Assembly: GCA_034667725.1 (NCBI GenBank)
Contig: JAXDQS010000001.1
Span: 256,001-320,000, forward strand
Source of the DNA: Thermoplasmata archaeon
GTDB lineage: Archaea > Thermoplasmatota > E2 > JACPAO01 > JAHFTW01
Length of the DNA: 64,000 nt
Reading direction: 5' to 3'
The first letter of the stretch is position 1, and each line of letters starts with the position of its first letter. Both the position numbers and the translations under genes were made by a program. Shown one piece after another: positions 9,114 to 17,823 of the stretch. The notes beneath the pieces were generated by a model. The model did no database searches and was not told where the DNA came from. It saw only the letters and a list, made by a program, of their open reading frames with translations.

Positions 9114-9256
9114 TTAGGGTCGCGTCCCTGAGCGTCTGAGGGTCGCACTCCTGAGGCCTGAGGGTGCGTCCCTGAACGCCTGAGGGTAGGCCCTGAGGGT
9201 CGCGTCCGTGAGGCTCTGAGGGTCGGCCCCTCAAGCCCCTGAGGGTTCGACCCTGG
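9114..9256. repeat. Iteron-like repeat (CTG)AGGGT..., about 7 copies, mostly 21-24 bp period
   Basis: CTGAGGGT occurs six times plus TAGGGT at 9116; several copies are followed by CCCT, giving short dyads. Confidence 0.75.
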
Positions 9257-9564
9257 CCAGGATTGTTCGCGTCCACATTGGCCGCGTCCGCGAACGAACG
9301 ATCCCAGGCGCGGATCGCGGAACCCCCGGCAGGCGGCCCCAGACGCCATGCTCCGCCTCGGCAGGCGGGGCGGGCTCGGGCGGCAGGGTAGGCGACGCCG
9401 GGCGCGTCAAGGCGCGGCGCAAGAGGCCCAGGACGAAGCCCGCCACGGCCTCGCCCTACTCCGCTGCGCTCGGCGGCTTGGCGGGCACGGACGCAGGCTC
9501 GGCGGGCGCGGCCGTGGCGCCTGGAGCGTGGCGGCCGTGGTGCTTCTTGACCATGTGGCCGCCG

Positions 9565-11046
9565 CTAGGCCGGCCGGAGGCTGGCGTAGTGGACCGTGCG
9601 GCCTTCGCGGCGGGCGGTGGCGAGTTTGGCCTCGACGAGCTTGGCGAGGCGGTTCTGGGTGGTGCTGCGGCTCCAGCCGTGGCGGGCTTGCATCTCGGCG
9701 GCGATGGCGCCTTGCGGGGCGCCGGGGTTGCGGTCGAGCCAATCGTGGAGGGCCCGCATCTCGGGTTCGCGCAGGACCACGAGGTCGCGCCAGCCGGCGT
9801 CATACTTGCCATGGTTCTCGAAGTACCGCACCGTGGACTTGTGGGGCCGGGCCACGACGAGGCCGGCGCGCGCCAAGACCGTAAGGTGGTGCCGCGCAAC
9901 ACCAGGGGCAAGGCCGGCCTTGGCGGCGACCGTCCGGAACGTGGCGCCGGGGTTGGCGACCACGACCTCGTGGAGCTTGGCGCGGCGAGGATGGTTCAAG
10001 GGGCCCTTCACGTGGCGGCTGAACAGCAGCGCGGCGGCCAGCTTCCACGCCAGGACCACGACCGCCACGGCGACGGCTCCGGCCGCGACCGTGGCGCCGG
10101 TCCCGAACGCCACGAAGGGCGCCTCGTCCACCCGCACGGCGCCATCGACGCCCAAGCCGGCCTGCATCCGGTCGCCGCCCAGGTCATGGATGCCTTGAAG
10201 CGTGGTGTTGCCCGAGGTCGAGATGGTTTCCCCGGCCGCCTGGACACACCCCGCGCACGGCGCGGCGGTGGCAAGCGGGAGGCGGGCTTGGCCCGCCAGG
10301 GACACGGACGGGGCGGGGCCGCCGGCCAGGACGTAGGCGCCCTGCCCGCTGCCATGCAGCGCCGTCGCGGTGTCGAATTCGTGGAAGCTGAACGTCTGCT
10401 GCGTGAGGGTCCAGTCGAGCGGGAGGGGCGCTTGAGTGGAGGACAAGCCGCCGCCGTCCGGGCAGGCCGCCGCGCACGCCACTTGGACGCCGAACCACTC
10501 CATGCGCGTTACGCGGGACGCCTCGATGGTGAAGCTGCCCAATGCGCCGGTCGGGGCGAGCACATAGGGCTCGCGGTCGGGCAGGTGCCGCGGGCGGACG
10601 AAATCGCCCTCGGCCCCGCCGGGGCCCAAGAACGCCTCGAACCCTTGGCCATCTGGCTTGCCGGCCAAGGATGCGCGGCCCGTGAACGCAAGGCGCAGGT
10701 CGCCCTCGATGTAGATGGAGGCGGCCTCCGACCCGTCTGCAAGGATTCCGCGCAGGCCGGACACGGGCGCCGAGGATTCGCTGCTTGGGACGGGCGCGTC
10801 GAAGCGCCCGATCGTGGGTTGGTGGCTGGAGGCAAGCGTGTAGGTCCGGTTCGTGGCCGTGCCGGCCGCGTCCGCAAGCTCCAGCCCTACATGGCCGCCG
10901 TTGGGCGGGACGATGACCAGGACGCGCGTCAGGCCATCCACGACCGCCGCGCCGTCCAATTCGGCGGGTACGGAAAACTCGACCCCTTGGCTCGCCGCGA
11001 CACTGGGCACGACGAGCAGCAAGGCTAGGGCAAGGGTTCTTCGCAT
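9565..11046 (-). CDS. Membrane-anchored transcription regulator (signal peptide, extracellular domain, TM helix, tandem wHTH)
   Basis: N-terminal signal; TM VAAGAVAVAVVVLAWKLAAALLF; LNHPRRAKLHEVV..NPG...HHLTVL..AGLV and a second HTH (NPGAPQGAIA...RSTTQNRLAKL). Confidence 0.8.
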   Translation of the reverse strand: MRRTLALALLLVVPSVAASQGVEFSVPAELDGAAVVDGLTRVLVIVPPNGGHVGLELADAAGTATNRTYTLASSHQPTIGRFDAPVPSSESSAPVSGLRGILADGSEAASIYIEGDLRLAFTGRASLAGKPDGQGFEAFLGPGGAEGDFVRPRHLPDREPYVLAPTGALGSFTIEASRVTRMEWFGVQVACAAACPDGGGLSSTQAPLPLDWTLTQQTFSFHEFDTATALHGSGQGAYVLAGGPAPSVSLAGQARLPLATAAPCAGCVQAAGETISTSGNTTLQGIHDLGGDRMQAGLGVDGAVRVDEAPFVAFGTGATVAAGAVAVAVVVLAWKLAAALLFSRHVKGPLNHPRRAKLHEVVVANPGATFRTVAAKAGLAPGVARHHLTVLARAGLVVARPHKSTVRYFENHGKYDAGWRDLVVLREPEMRALHDWLDRNPGAPQGAIAAEMQARHGWSRSTTQNRLAKLVEAKLATARREGRTVHYASLRPA

Positions 11047-11888
11047 GTCCTGTCCCCGAATAGCACCAAATCGCCGGTCAAAGTGGCGTGGGGCACAGCA
11101 GCACCGCGAGCGACCATCCGGGGCAGGCCAAGGCTGCTTAGTAGCATGGGGGGGTTCATGGTGGCCTGGACCACGTAGGTGGGCGCGATCGAATACTGCT
11201 TGTCCTGCTGAAGGTCCAGCATGGCGGTCCCGTTGCCCCAGTCCCAGAAGAACCGCAAGGCGGCAAGGCTGTGGCCTTCGGCTTGGTTCACTTGGCTGGC
11301 CTTCATGGACGACGGCTCGGTGCCCGTCTCGTTCCAGGTCGCCGTGAACGTCGAGGTCGCCTGGCCGGTTTCGTTGAGGAAGTCGATGGCGCCGTGGTGG
11401 ACCGGGATTCCGTAAGTGGTCCGCATGAAGTCCGCCAGCTCACGGTCGCTGACCCACCACGATGCCAAGGCCTGGAACGTGTCCCAGCCACCCACGCGGC
11501 ACGCTTCCGGCGGATCGAGGTTGGTGTGCGACTCCATGACCATCGTCATCGGCCGCTCATACGGGCCCCAACTGACCCGCTCGCATTGGTAGGCCTCGAC
11601 GTAAACGTCGCTGCCGACGCCGCCCGTGGCCGGGGGCCAATCGGACGGCGGAGTGCCGGGGTTCTGGCCTTTCGGGTACGTGTGGCCCAGCCCGACCATC
11701 TTGCAACCGTTCCAGGTCATGTTCAGGTCCACGACTGGCACCACCGGGCCCGGCTCGGGCGTGGTCATCGTTGAGCTCGTGGTGGTCGAAGTCGTCGTCG
11801 TTGAACTGGTGGTGTCCTGCTCAAGCGCTGGGCCGCCACAACCGGCCAGCAAGACCGCCACCGCGCAGACGACGAAGCGGGCCATCAT
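11025..11888 (-). CDS. Lipoprotein, unknown function
   Basis: Lipobox LLAGC followed by a Ser/Thr linker; ATGA coupling with the upstream gene. Confidence 0.7.
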   Translation of the reverse strand: MMARFVVCAVAVLLAGCGGPALEQDTTSSTTTTSTTTSSTMTTPEPGPVVPVVDLNMTWNGCKMVGLGHTYPKGQNPGTPPSDWPPATGGVGSDVYVEAYQCERVSWGPYERPMTMVMESHTNLDPPEACRVGGWDTFQALASWWVSDRELADFMRTTYGIPVHHGAIDFLNETGQATSTFTATWNETGTEPSSMKASQVNQAEGHSLAALRFFWDWGNGTAMLDLQQDKQYSIAPTYVVQATMNPPMLLSSLGLPRMVARGAAVPHATLTGDLVLFGDRTCEEPLP

Positions 11889-12379
11889 GCCGAATTGCAC
11901 TCACTGACTGGGGATGTGGTAAAGCGGTAGGAGCCGAGGCCCAGTTGGTTCGTGTGGATGTCCACGGCACCTGGGCTAATGGTCATCTCGGGACCGTATC
12001 CCATCACGGACGCATCCATATAGAGGCGGAATGGATCGATGGGGGCGTCGAGGAGGATGGGCGAGGCCAGGATGCGAAAAGTCAGGCAGAAGATTCCGCT
12101 AAGGGCTTCCATGCACTCGGGAATCGGGTTGCCGGCCTGGACGCATAGCGCGGCGTCCAAGGTCGCTTGCGCGTAGGCCAGGGTGTATTCGCAGGCGTGG
12201 CCGCCGGCCGGCAGGTCGCTGCACGGCCCGTCCTCCGCCTGTTCCTGCATGGTGGAGGCCAGGCCGACGAGGCCGGCCACGAAGCCGGGCGGCACCGGCG
12301 AGAAGGTCTGCACCCGAACGTCTTGGGCTGCGGCAAGGGGCAGGACCATGAGGGCGACAACGAAAAGCGCAACGCGCAC
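11885..12379 (-). CDS. Small secreted Cys-containing protein
   Basis: GTG start gives signal peptide VRVALFVVALMVLPLAAA; TATA-like box 24-31 nt upstream. Confidence 0.6.
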   Translation of the reverse strand: MRVALFVVALMVLPLAAAQDVRVQTFSPVPPGFVAGLVGLASTMQEQAEDGPCSDLPAGGHACEYTLAYAQATLDAALCVQAGNPIPECMEALSGIFCLTFRILASPILLDAPIDPFRLYMDASVMGYGPEMTISPGAVDIHTNQLGLGSYRFTTSPVSECNSA

Positions 12380-12402
12380 GTGGCCTTCGAGACACAGGTT
12401 CT

Positions 12403-12410
12403 GTTTAAGG
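12403..12410 (-). promoter_or_regulatory. TATA-like box (CCTTAAAC on minus strand)
   Basis: Position relative to GTG 12379 fits a leaderless archaeal promoter. Confidence 0.4.
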
Positions 12411-12643
12411 GTAGTGGACAAAAGCTGGCAGATTCCGAAGCGCCCAACAGAGGAAACCTGGCATTGGTTCCGGACCTGCCAAGGTTTGACCACCGCGTTC
12501 AACTAAGCACGGCGAATCGTCCATTTGCTCATGGGCCGCCACGCCCTCCGCCCCTCTTCCCGTGTTCACCAAGCACCAAGGTTGTCGATCCGAGTGGCGG
12601 CCCATGGGCGTTTCGGCTTTGGCCGAATTTTGGAGAACCCGCG

Positions 12644-14083
12644 ATGACGAACCCACGAATCCACCAGAAGGCCCTGCTGTGCCTGTTGGCGATCGCCCTT
12701 GTGGCGCCTGCCTCCGCCCTGATTCCCTCCGATGCCCCCACCAGGACGACCGCCAGCGCCCAGGACGGCGTTCTCTACAGCTACACCGACCCCAACACCG
12801 GCAGCACGGCGCAGCTGGTGGCGCATGATGGCGCCTTGTGGTGTGAGTGGAGCGACGTTGCGCCGCCGTCGTCCAGCGCCTGGGTGGCCTTGTATTATTT
12901 CACCAACTGCAAGGTGCAGGCGGTCGGGGGCGGCGCGATGGCGTGCGGCTCCGACAACCAGGAAGGCAGCGGCGCGGCGGTCGGGTCGTGCCGGGTGGCC
13001 AGCTTCATCCCGTCCGTCGATCTGCAATGGTGGATCGCCTCGGCGGCCACCGAGATCACCCTCGTTACCGCCACTCATGCCCGGGACGTTTCAGTCCACG
13101 TTTCGGAATGGCGCGAGTCGGGCCATGTCAGCGTCAGCGGAAGCCTGGAGGCGACGGTCGGCTTCGTGGGCCGGGTCGTTGGCGCGGGGATGTTCAGCTT
13201 CAGCGGCAGCGCCAGCTACGAAAGCAGCTTCGAGGAAACCGACTATCAGTATCACTTGACGGATCGCGACGTTCAGATCCAGGAACGCCACGCCACCGTC
13301 CTGGGGCTTGACGGCGGCTTCGTGAACACCGTGCCCCAGATAGAGCGGCTCGACTTCGACGGCGCGACCTTCGGATGCGATGCCCTCAACCTCGTTGAGA
13401 ATCTGCGCGGCCCCCGCCAACTTGGAAAATACGCCAACCATCTCACCGCCCGCGCCCTGACCGGCGAACTGGACACCGACCTTGGCAACACCCGCCTGAA
13501 GGCCGTGGACAATAGGGGCGCCTTTGACAGCTACCAACGGAAGCCGAACGGCTTTGTGGCCACCTTCGACCAATCGAGCGCGTCGGGCTCCAGCGGCGGC
13601 CTGCTTCTGCTGGGTGCCTTGGTGAACCTTGCGACTGACGCGGCGGACAACAACGGCATGAAGCGGTTCGACTCCTCCTTCGCGTTCACCGCCGACTACG
13701 AGACTCCGGACGTATCGTATTCCACCACCATGGTCAGCCTCCGCACGGGAGACTCCTACCGCGTCCAACTGACCGTCCCCCCCACGCCGCTTGACCGGAT
13801 CGTCGCGACCCGCGATGACACGTTGTTGGACTTCGCGATCACGACCCCTGACCTTGCCGAGTATGAGGGGAACTTGGCCGACCTCTTGGCCGACCGCCTG
13901 TTCGATTCGCCCGCCGGGAGCATGGTGTTCGCGGGCTTCGACTGTCCCCCCTCGGGTGGCATCACCGCGAACCGCAACCCGCAGGAATGGACCTCGACGG
14001 CCAGCGTCCAAGGCTACTCTGGCGCCACCAACGCCGCCAAGAAGCTGGGCGTGGACGTTTACATGGACCTGAACCCCTACTAG
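12644..14083 (+). CDS. Secreted protein, unknown function (possible beta-pore-forming-toxin-like hairpin)
   Basis: GGAG SD; signal peptide ending ASA-L; beta-rich Ser/Thr pattern. Confidence 0.7.
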   Translation: MTNPRIHQKALLCLLAIALVAPASALIPSDAPTRTTASAQDGVLYSYTDPNTGSTAQLVAHDGALWCEWSDVAPPSSSAWVALYYFTNCKVQAVGGGAMACGSDNQEGSGAAVGSCRVASFIPSVDLQWWIASAATEITLVTATHARDVSVHVSEWRESGHVSVSGSLEATVGFVGRVVGAGMFSFSGSASYESSFEETDYQYHLTDRDVQIQERHATVLGLDGGFVNTVPQIERLDFDGATFGCDALNLVENLRGPRQLGKYANHLTARALTGELDTDLGNTRLKAVDNRGAFDSYQRKPNGFVATFDQSSASGSSGGLLLLGALVNLATDAADNNGMKRFDSSFAFTADYETPDVSYSTTMVSLRTGDSYRVQLTVPPTPLDRIVATRDDTLLDFAITTPDLAEYEGNLADLLADRLFDSPAGSMVFAGFDCPPSGGITANRNPQEWTSTASVQGYSGATNAAKKLGVDVYMDLNPY

Positions 14084-14106
14084 CCCCCAAGGAGGAATGG
14101 ACGCGC

Positions 14107-15033
14107 ATGAAGCCCGGCACCGCCGCGACCCTTGCCCTGCTGATGCTCCTTCTAGCCGGGTGCGGCAATCCCAACCCCCCGGAACCGACCTCCACCCCCT
14201 CCTCCTCAACCACCACGACCGCCGAGCCGGCCGCGACGCTGCAAACCGTCGAGGGGCGCGACCGCACTTTCATTCGCATTGGCGAACGGCCCGCCAACGC
14301 CACGTTGCGCGTATTCCACACCGCCGAGCAAGAGGCCGATACCTTGGATGGGTGCGGCCCCGGCGGCCCGGGCGTCGGCCGGAATAGCGGGAGGGAATGG
14401 TATTCGTTCACGGTATGGAACCGGACGGGCCTTGTTCACTATGAAGAACACCCCATCTGGCCGAAGCAAAAACGATTCGACCACTCGGTCCAGTTGCCCC
14501 CCGATCCGCCGTTCCTGGTCTGGGTTGAAGGGACCTGTCTGGGGTCGGTGTCCATCCAGTTTAGCACGCCCGACTGGAAGCGGTTCCCCTTGGGCGGCGG
14601 TGGCCCCGAGCCGGGCGCCATTGACGAGTCGTATGAGCCCACGGTCGAGATTCGTATCCCGGCCGGCCAACTGGAAGGGAACGGTTACTTCCGAGTGGAA
14701 GGGAACACCTACCATATCGAGGCGAACACCATTTCTGGCGAATGGACGTTCGAAGGGCAAAGCTTCGGGGACGTTTACACCCATGCCCCGGACCAGACGA
14801 ACGGCGACTGGTACATCCATTCCTGGTTCGACCTGACGGATAGCGGCTGGGAGGAAACCCATGGGGACATCGCCATGCCAGGAACCTACCGCTACCATGT
14901 CGTGCTGGACGCGCCGACCGTGGTGGAAACGGTATGGACCGGCAGAATGTGGGCCATGCGGTTCCTGCCCAGCGAATTGGAGTTGAACGGGTTCCAAGTG
15001 CCGTTCCGGCTCTACGACGACCACACCGCCTAG
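14107..15033 (+). CDS. Lipoprotein, unknown function
   Basis: AGGAGG upstream; lipobox LLAGC; Pro/Ser/Thr linker. Confidence 0.7.
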   Translation: MKPGTAATLALLMLLLAGCGNPNPPEPTSTPSSSTTTTAEPAATLQTVEGRDRTFIRIGERPANATLRVFHTAEQEADTLDGCGPGGPGVGRNSGREWYSFTVWNRTGLVHYEEHPIWPKQKRFDHSVQLPPDPPFLVWVEGTCLGSVSIQFSTPDWKRFPLGGGGPEPGAIDESYEPTVEIRIPAGQLEGNGYFRVEGNTYHIEANTISGEWTFEGQSFGDVYTHAPDQTNGDWYIHSWFDLTDSGWEETHGDIAMPGTYRYHVVLDAPTVVETVWTGRMWAMRFLPSELELNGFQVPFRLYDDHTA

Positions 15034-15052
15034 CGCAGCGCCGCTTGACGAT

Positions 15053-15685
15053 TTGAAAACGCGATTGGAGATAGTGGATACTTTGACGACCGATTCATCG
15101 AATGTTGCGACTGAAGAAATCTTGCCCAAGTGGTGGCGCCGCGTGGTGATCTACGCCCTGGGAAGCGCCTTGCTGTGCCTGCTGCTGTCCGGAATCTTTG
15201 ACGCCTTGCTGCCCACCAAAGGCGTCTGGGTGCTTTCCTGGTGGGGCCTATGGATCGCGCTCCTGTTGATGGGGGTGCCATTCCTGACGCGGGAGGAAGG
15301 GAACGCCAACGTGGAGGCGCCCGTGGACTTCCTGGGCCAAGGCATCGCAAGCCGGTTCCTGTTGAACCCCGTCGAGGCCGGCCGCATCGGGCGAGGCTGG
15401 CTGAAGCTGCCCCCTGAACCCGGCGACGATGCGCCCCCTGAACCCTACTTCGTGGGCACGAACCTGAGACTCAAGGACGAGGAAGCCCACTTGATGGCCA
15501 AGGAGATGCTGGAGGCGGCGGCCCGCGGCCAATTCTACGCATTGGAGGTGCGCCGCCACGTTGGAGGCGGCCCCTGGGGGCCGGTCCAGGCTTCGGTCCC
15601 CGCCGAGAACCTCAAGCCCGCCGCCCGGCCGCCAGCAAAGCGCAAGTCGCCCAAGGCGGACGGCGCTGGAGCGCCTTCCACCTAG
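15053..15685 (+). CDS. Two-TM hypothetical protein (start uncertain)
   Basis: Two hydrophobic helices then a soluble tail; followed by a T-rich tract. Confidence 0.55.
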   Translation: MKTRLEIVDTLTTDSSNVATEEILPKWWRRVVIYALGSALLCLLLSGIFDALLPTKGVWVLSWWGLWIALLLMGVPFLTREEGNANVEAPVDFLGQGIASRFLLNPVEAGRIGRGWLKLPPEPGDDAPPEPYFVGTNLRLKDEEAHLMAKEMLEAAARGQFYALEVRRHVGGGPWGPVQASVPAENLKPAARPPAKRKSPKADGAGAPST

Positions 15686-15693
15686 CCGACGAT

Positions 15694-15755
15694 CTCCCCT
15701 CCCTCTTTTTTGGCCCGCCCTTCGCCGCCACGCACACTTTTTGACCCACTTTTGG
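15694..15755 (+). terminator. Pyrimidine/T-tract terminator
   Basis: CTCCCCTCCCTCTTTTTT plus further T4-T5 runs after the stop codon. Confidence 0.45.
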
Positions 15756-15925
15756 CCCGCTTCTCCCGCTTGATGCTCCAGCCTACACGGAATCAGGCCC
15801 AACCAAGGGTTGGCGCGGTGCCCCCAACGGGGCCGTCAAGCCCAAATAGCCGCCTCTTGTCGGCGGCCTTTGCCTCTCTGGGCTGACAACCTGTGCGGGG
15901 GTCCCGCACCAAAGAGAGACAACTT

Positions 15926-15998
15926 GCCTTGGTAGTGTAGCGGCCTATCATGGGACCCTGTCACGGTTCCGACCTGGGTTCAAATCCCAGCCAGGGCG
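15926..15998 (+). tRNA. tRNA-Asp(GTC)
   Basis: Acceptor stem GCCTTGG/CCAGGGC, anticodon arm GGACC-CTGTCAC-GGTTC, T-loop TTCAAAT, discriminator G; followed by CCT, so CCA is not encoded. Confidence 0.95.
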
Positions 15999-16007
15999 CC
16001 TTCGGGC

Positions 16008-17285
16008 CTATGGGCGGCGCGGCGTTTTCCGCGCCGTGCCTTGCGTCGGCGGCGGTTGCCGCGCCGTGCCTTGCGTCGGCGGCGGCGAGGCCGTCTGCCG
16101 CGCCGCCTTGGCCGCGTGGCTCCAGTCGTCGGGCTGCTTGGCCAGCGGGATGTTGAACCAGACGGTCATGCCTTTGCCGCGGCCGGCGCTGAAGCAGCCG
16201 ACCTGCCCGCCGTGGGCCTCGACGATGCGCTTGGAGAGGTGCAGCCCGAGCCCCGTGCCTGGCTTGCGGGGGGCGTCCGGGGTGTCGATGCGGACGAACG
16301 GGCGGAACAGCCGCGCCTGGTCCTCGGCGTCCATGCCGGGGCCGTTGTCGTGGATGCGCACCGAGGCGTCGCCGTCCTCGGTCAGGAGCTCGACCGTGAC
16401 CCGGCCGCCGGGCGGGGTGAACTTGATGGCGTTGCCGAGGAAGTTGCCGACGACCTGCAGAAGCCGCGCCGGCTCGCCGAGGATCGAGATGGGCTTCCGT
16501 GGCGCCAGCAGCGCGATGCTGAGTCCGGACTGGGCCGCGAGCTGATGGAAGTTGTCGATCTCGTCGCGCAGCAGGCGCGTCAGGTTGACCGGCGTGGCCT
16601 GCACGACGAGGCGGCCGGCGTCGGCCTTGGCGAGGTCGGCGAGGTCCTGCGACAGCAGCATCAGACGGTGGACGTTGGCGCTGATCAGGGTCAGGACGCG
16701 CTCCTGCGACGGCGCGACCTCCTGGAGGACCGCGCGCAGCATCTCGGACTGGAGGGCCAAGACCGTCAGCGGCGTCTTGAACTCGTGCGCGGCCTGGTTG
16801 AACAGCAGCGCGTTGTCGCGGGCGTCGCCTTCGAGCTTGGCCACGCGGCGCTCGGCCCGGTCGGTCTCCTGGTGGGCGGCGTGGAGGGTGTCGTGGACGG
16901 CGCTGGGCCGCAGCACCAGCAGCACCAATGGGTTGCCGGTCCCGAGCTCGTCGACCCGGCAGAAGTGGACCTCGACGTCCTTGGCGGGCCCGCGCCGGCC
17001 CGAGGTCCGGGTCTGCAGCACCACTTGGTCGTGGCCGGGCCACGCCCCCATCGGCGCCATCGAGCACTTCTTGGCCGTGAGCAACAGGTCCGGATCGGGG
17101 AGCAGGCGGTCCAGCGGCATGCCGATGGCCTCGTCGATGGGGATGCGGCACAGCGTGCTCGCGGCCCGGTTGAACAGCATCACTTCGAGCGAGGGGAAGC
17201 GTACCAGCACCAGGCCGTCGCGCACGTTGTCGAAGATGGCCGGCAGGCCGTAGCGGCGGTTGGCCACGTTCGCGGGCTGCGTCAT
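16008..17285 (-). CDS. PAS-domain sensor histidine kinase
   Basis: AHEFKTPLT H-box, NFLGNAIKF N-box, DNGPGM, GTGLGL; N-terminal PAS-like segment. Confidence 0.9.
   Translation of the reverse strand: MTQPANVANRRYGLPAIFDNVRDGLVLVRFPSLEVMLFNRAASTLCRIPIDEAIGMPLDRLLPDPDLLLTAKKCSMAPMGAWPGHDQVVLQTRTSGRRGPAKDVEVHFCRVDELGTGNPLVLLVLRPSAVHDTLHAAHQETDRAERRVAKLEGDARDNALLFNQAAHEFKTPLTVLALQSEMLRAVLQEVAPSQERVLTLISANVHRLMLLSQDLADLAKADAGRLVVQATPVNLTRLLRDEIDNFHQLAAQSGLSIALLAPRKPISILGEPARLLQVVGNFLGNAIKFTPPGGRVTVELLTEDGDASVRIHDNGPGMDAEDQARLFRPFVRIDTPDAPRKPGTGLGLHLSKRIVEAHGGQVGCFSAGRGKGMTVWFNIPLAKQPDDWSHAAKAARQTASPPPTQGTARQPPPTQGTARKTPRRP
16029..16085. repeat. 27-bp exact duplication with 30-bp period in the kinase tail
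   Basis: CCGCGCCGTGCCTTGCGTCGGCGGCGG at 16029 and 16059 (PPPTQGTAR x2). Confidence 0.85.
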
Positions 17286-17365
17286 GGCATGAAGATTGGC
17301 CGGCGCGGCTATTGCATGTTTGGAGCCGGCGACATGTTCGGGGTCTGCCCAGGCCAGCTACCCGT

Positions 17366-17776
17366 TTATTGGTGGGCCGTGAATTTCGTGGCCAGGCGCT
17401 CGATGTCCACGCTCACGGCGGACGGGAGGACCCCTCGGACGTCATGGTCGTGGCACTCCTCGGCCATGTGCCGCAACTGGTGGGCCATGCGGTGGGCGGC
17501 GTGCTCCACGACGCCGGTCTCGTAGGCGGCGCCGACGGCGCACAGGTCGCGGGCCGCCTCGAAGTCGCCGCGGGCCGCCTCGAAGGCCGCCTGCCGGCGC
17601 GGCGCGGGCAAGGGCCCCGCCATCCAGGCGCCGTCGGCGCGCTCCTCGAGGTCCTCCAGGTCGTGCGGCGAGGCGCCGTGGCCTTCGTGCAGGCCGTGGG
17701 CGAGCCCGTCGAGGGCCGTGGCGATGCCGGCGCAGTCGTGATGGGTGAGGACTCCAGGGGTGGTGATGGCGGCCAT
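17366..17776 (-). CDS. Small His-rich helical protein
   Basis: 136-aa ORF with good codon bias; clustered His/Cys residues (HHDC, HGLHEGH, HAAHRMAHQLRH, CHDHD). Confidence 0.6.
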   Translation of the reverse strand: MAAITTPGVLTHHDCAGIATALDGLAHGLHEGHGASPHDLEDLEERADGAWMAGPLPAPRRQAAFEAARGDFEAARDLCAVGAAYETGVVEHAAHRMAHQLRHMAEECHDHDVRGVLPSAVSVDIERLATKFTAHQ

Positions 17777-17823
17777 GGTCGGTATGGGGCGCTCCTGCTA
17801 GTCCTAGCCATGCAACCGGGACG

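Noticed and set aside
5521-15998. Single element integrated at tRNA-Asp
   Set aside because: No convincing duplication of either tRNA end (only TCCCAGCCA near 5526) and no integrase; boundaries cannot be supported.
16029-16085. Functional repeat or att site beside tRNA-Asp
   Set aside because: In-frame 30-bp slippage duplication in a disordered kinase tail, unrelated to the tRNA sequence.
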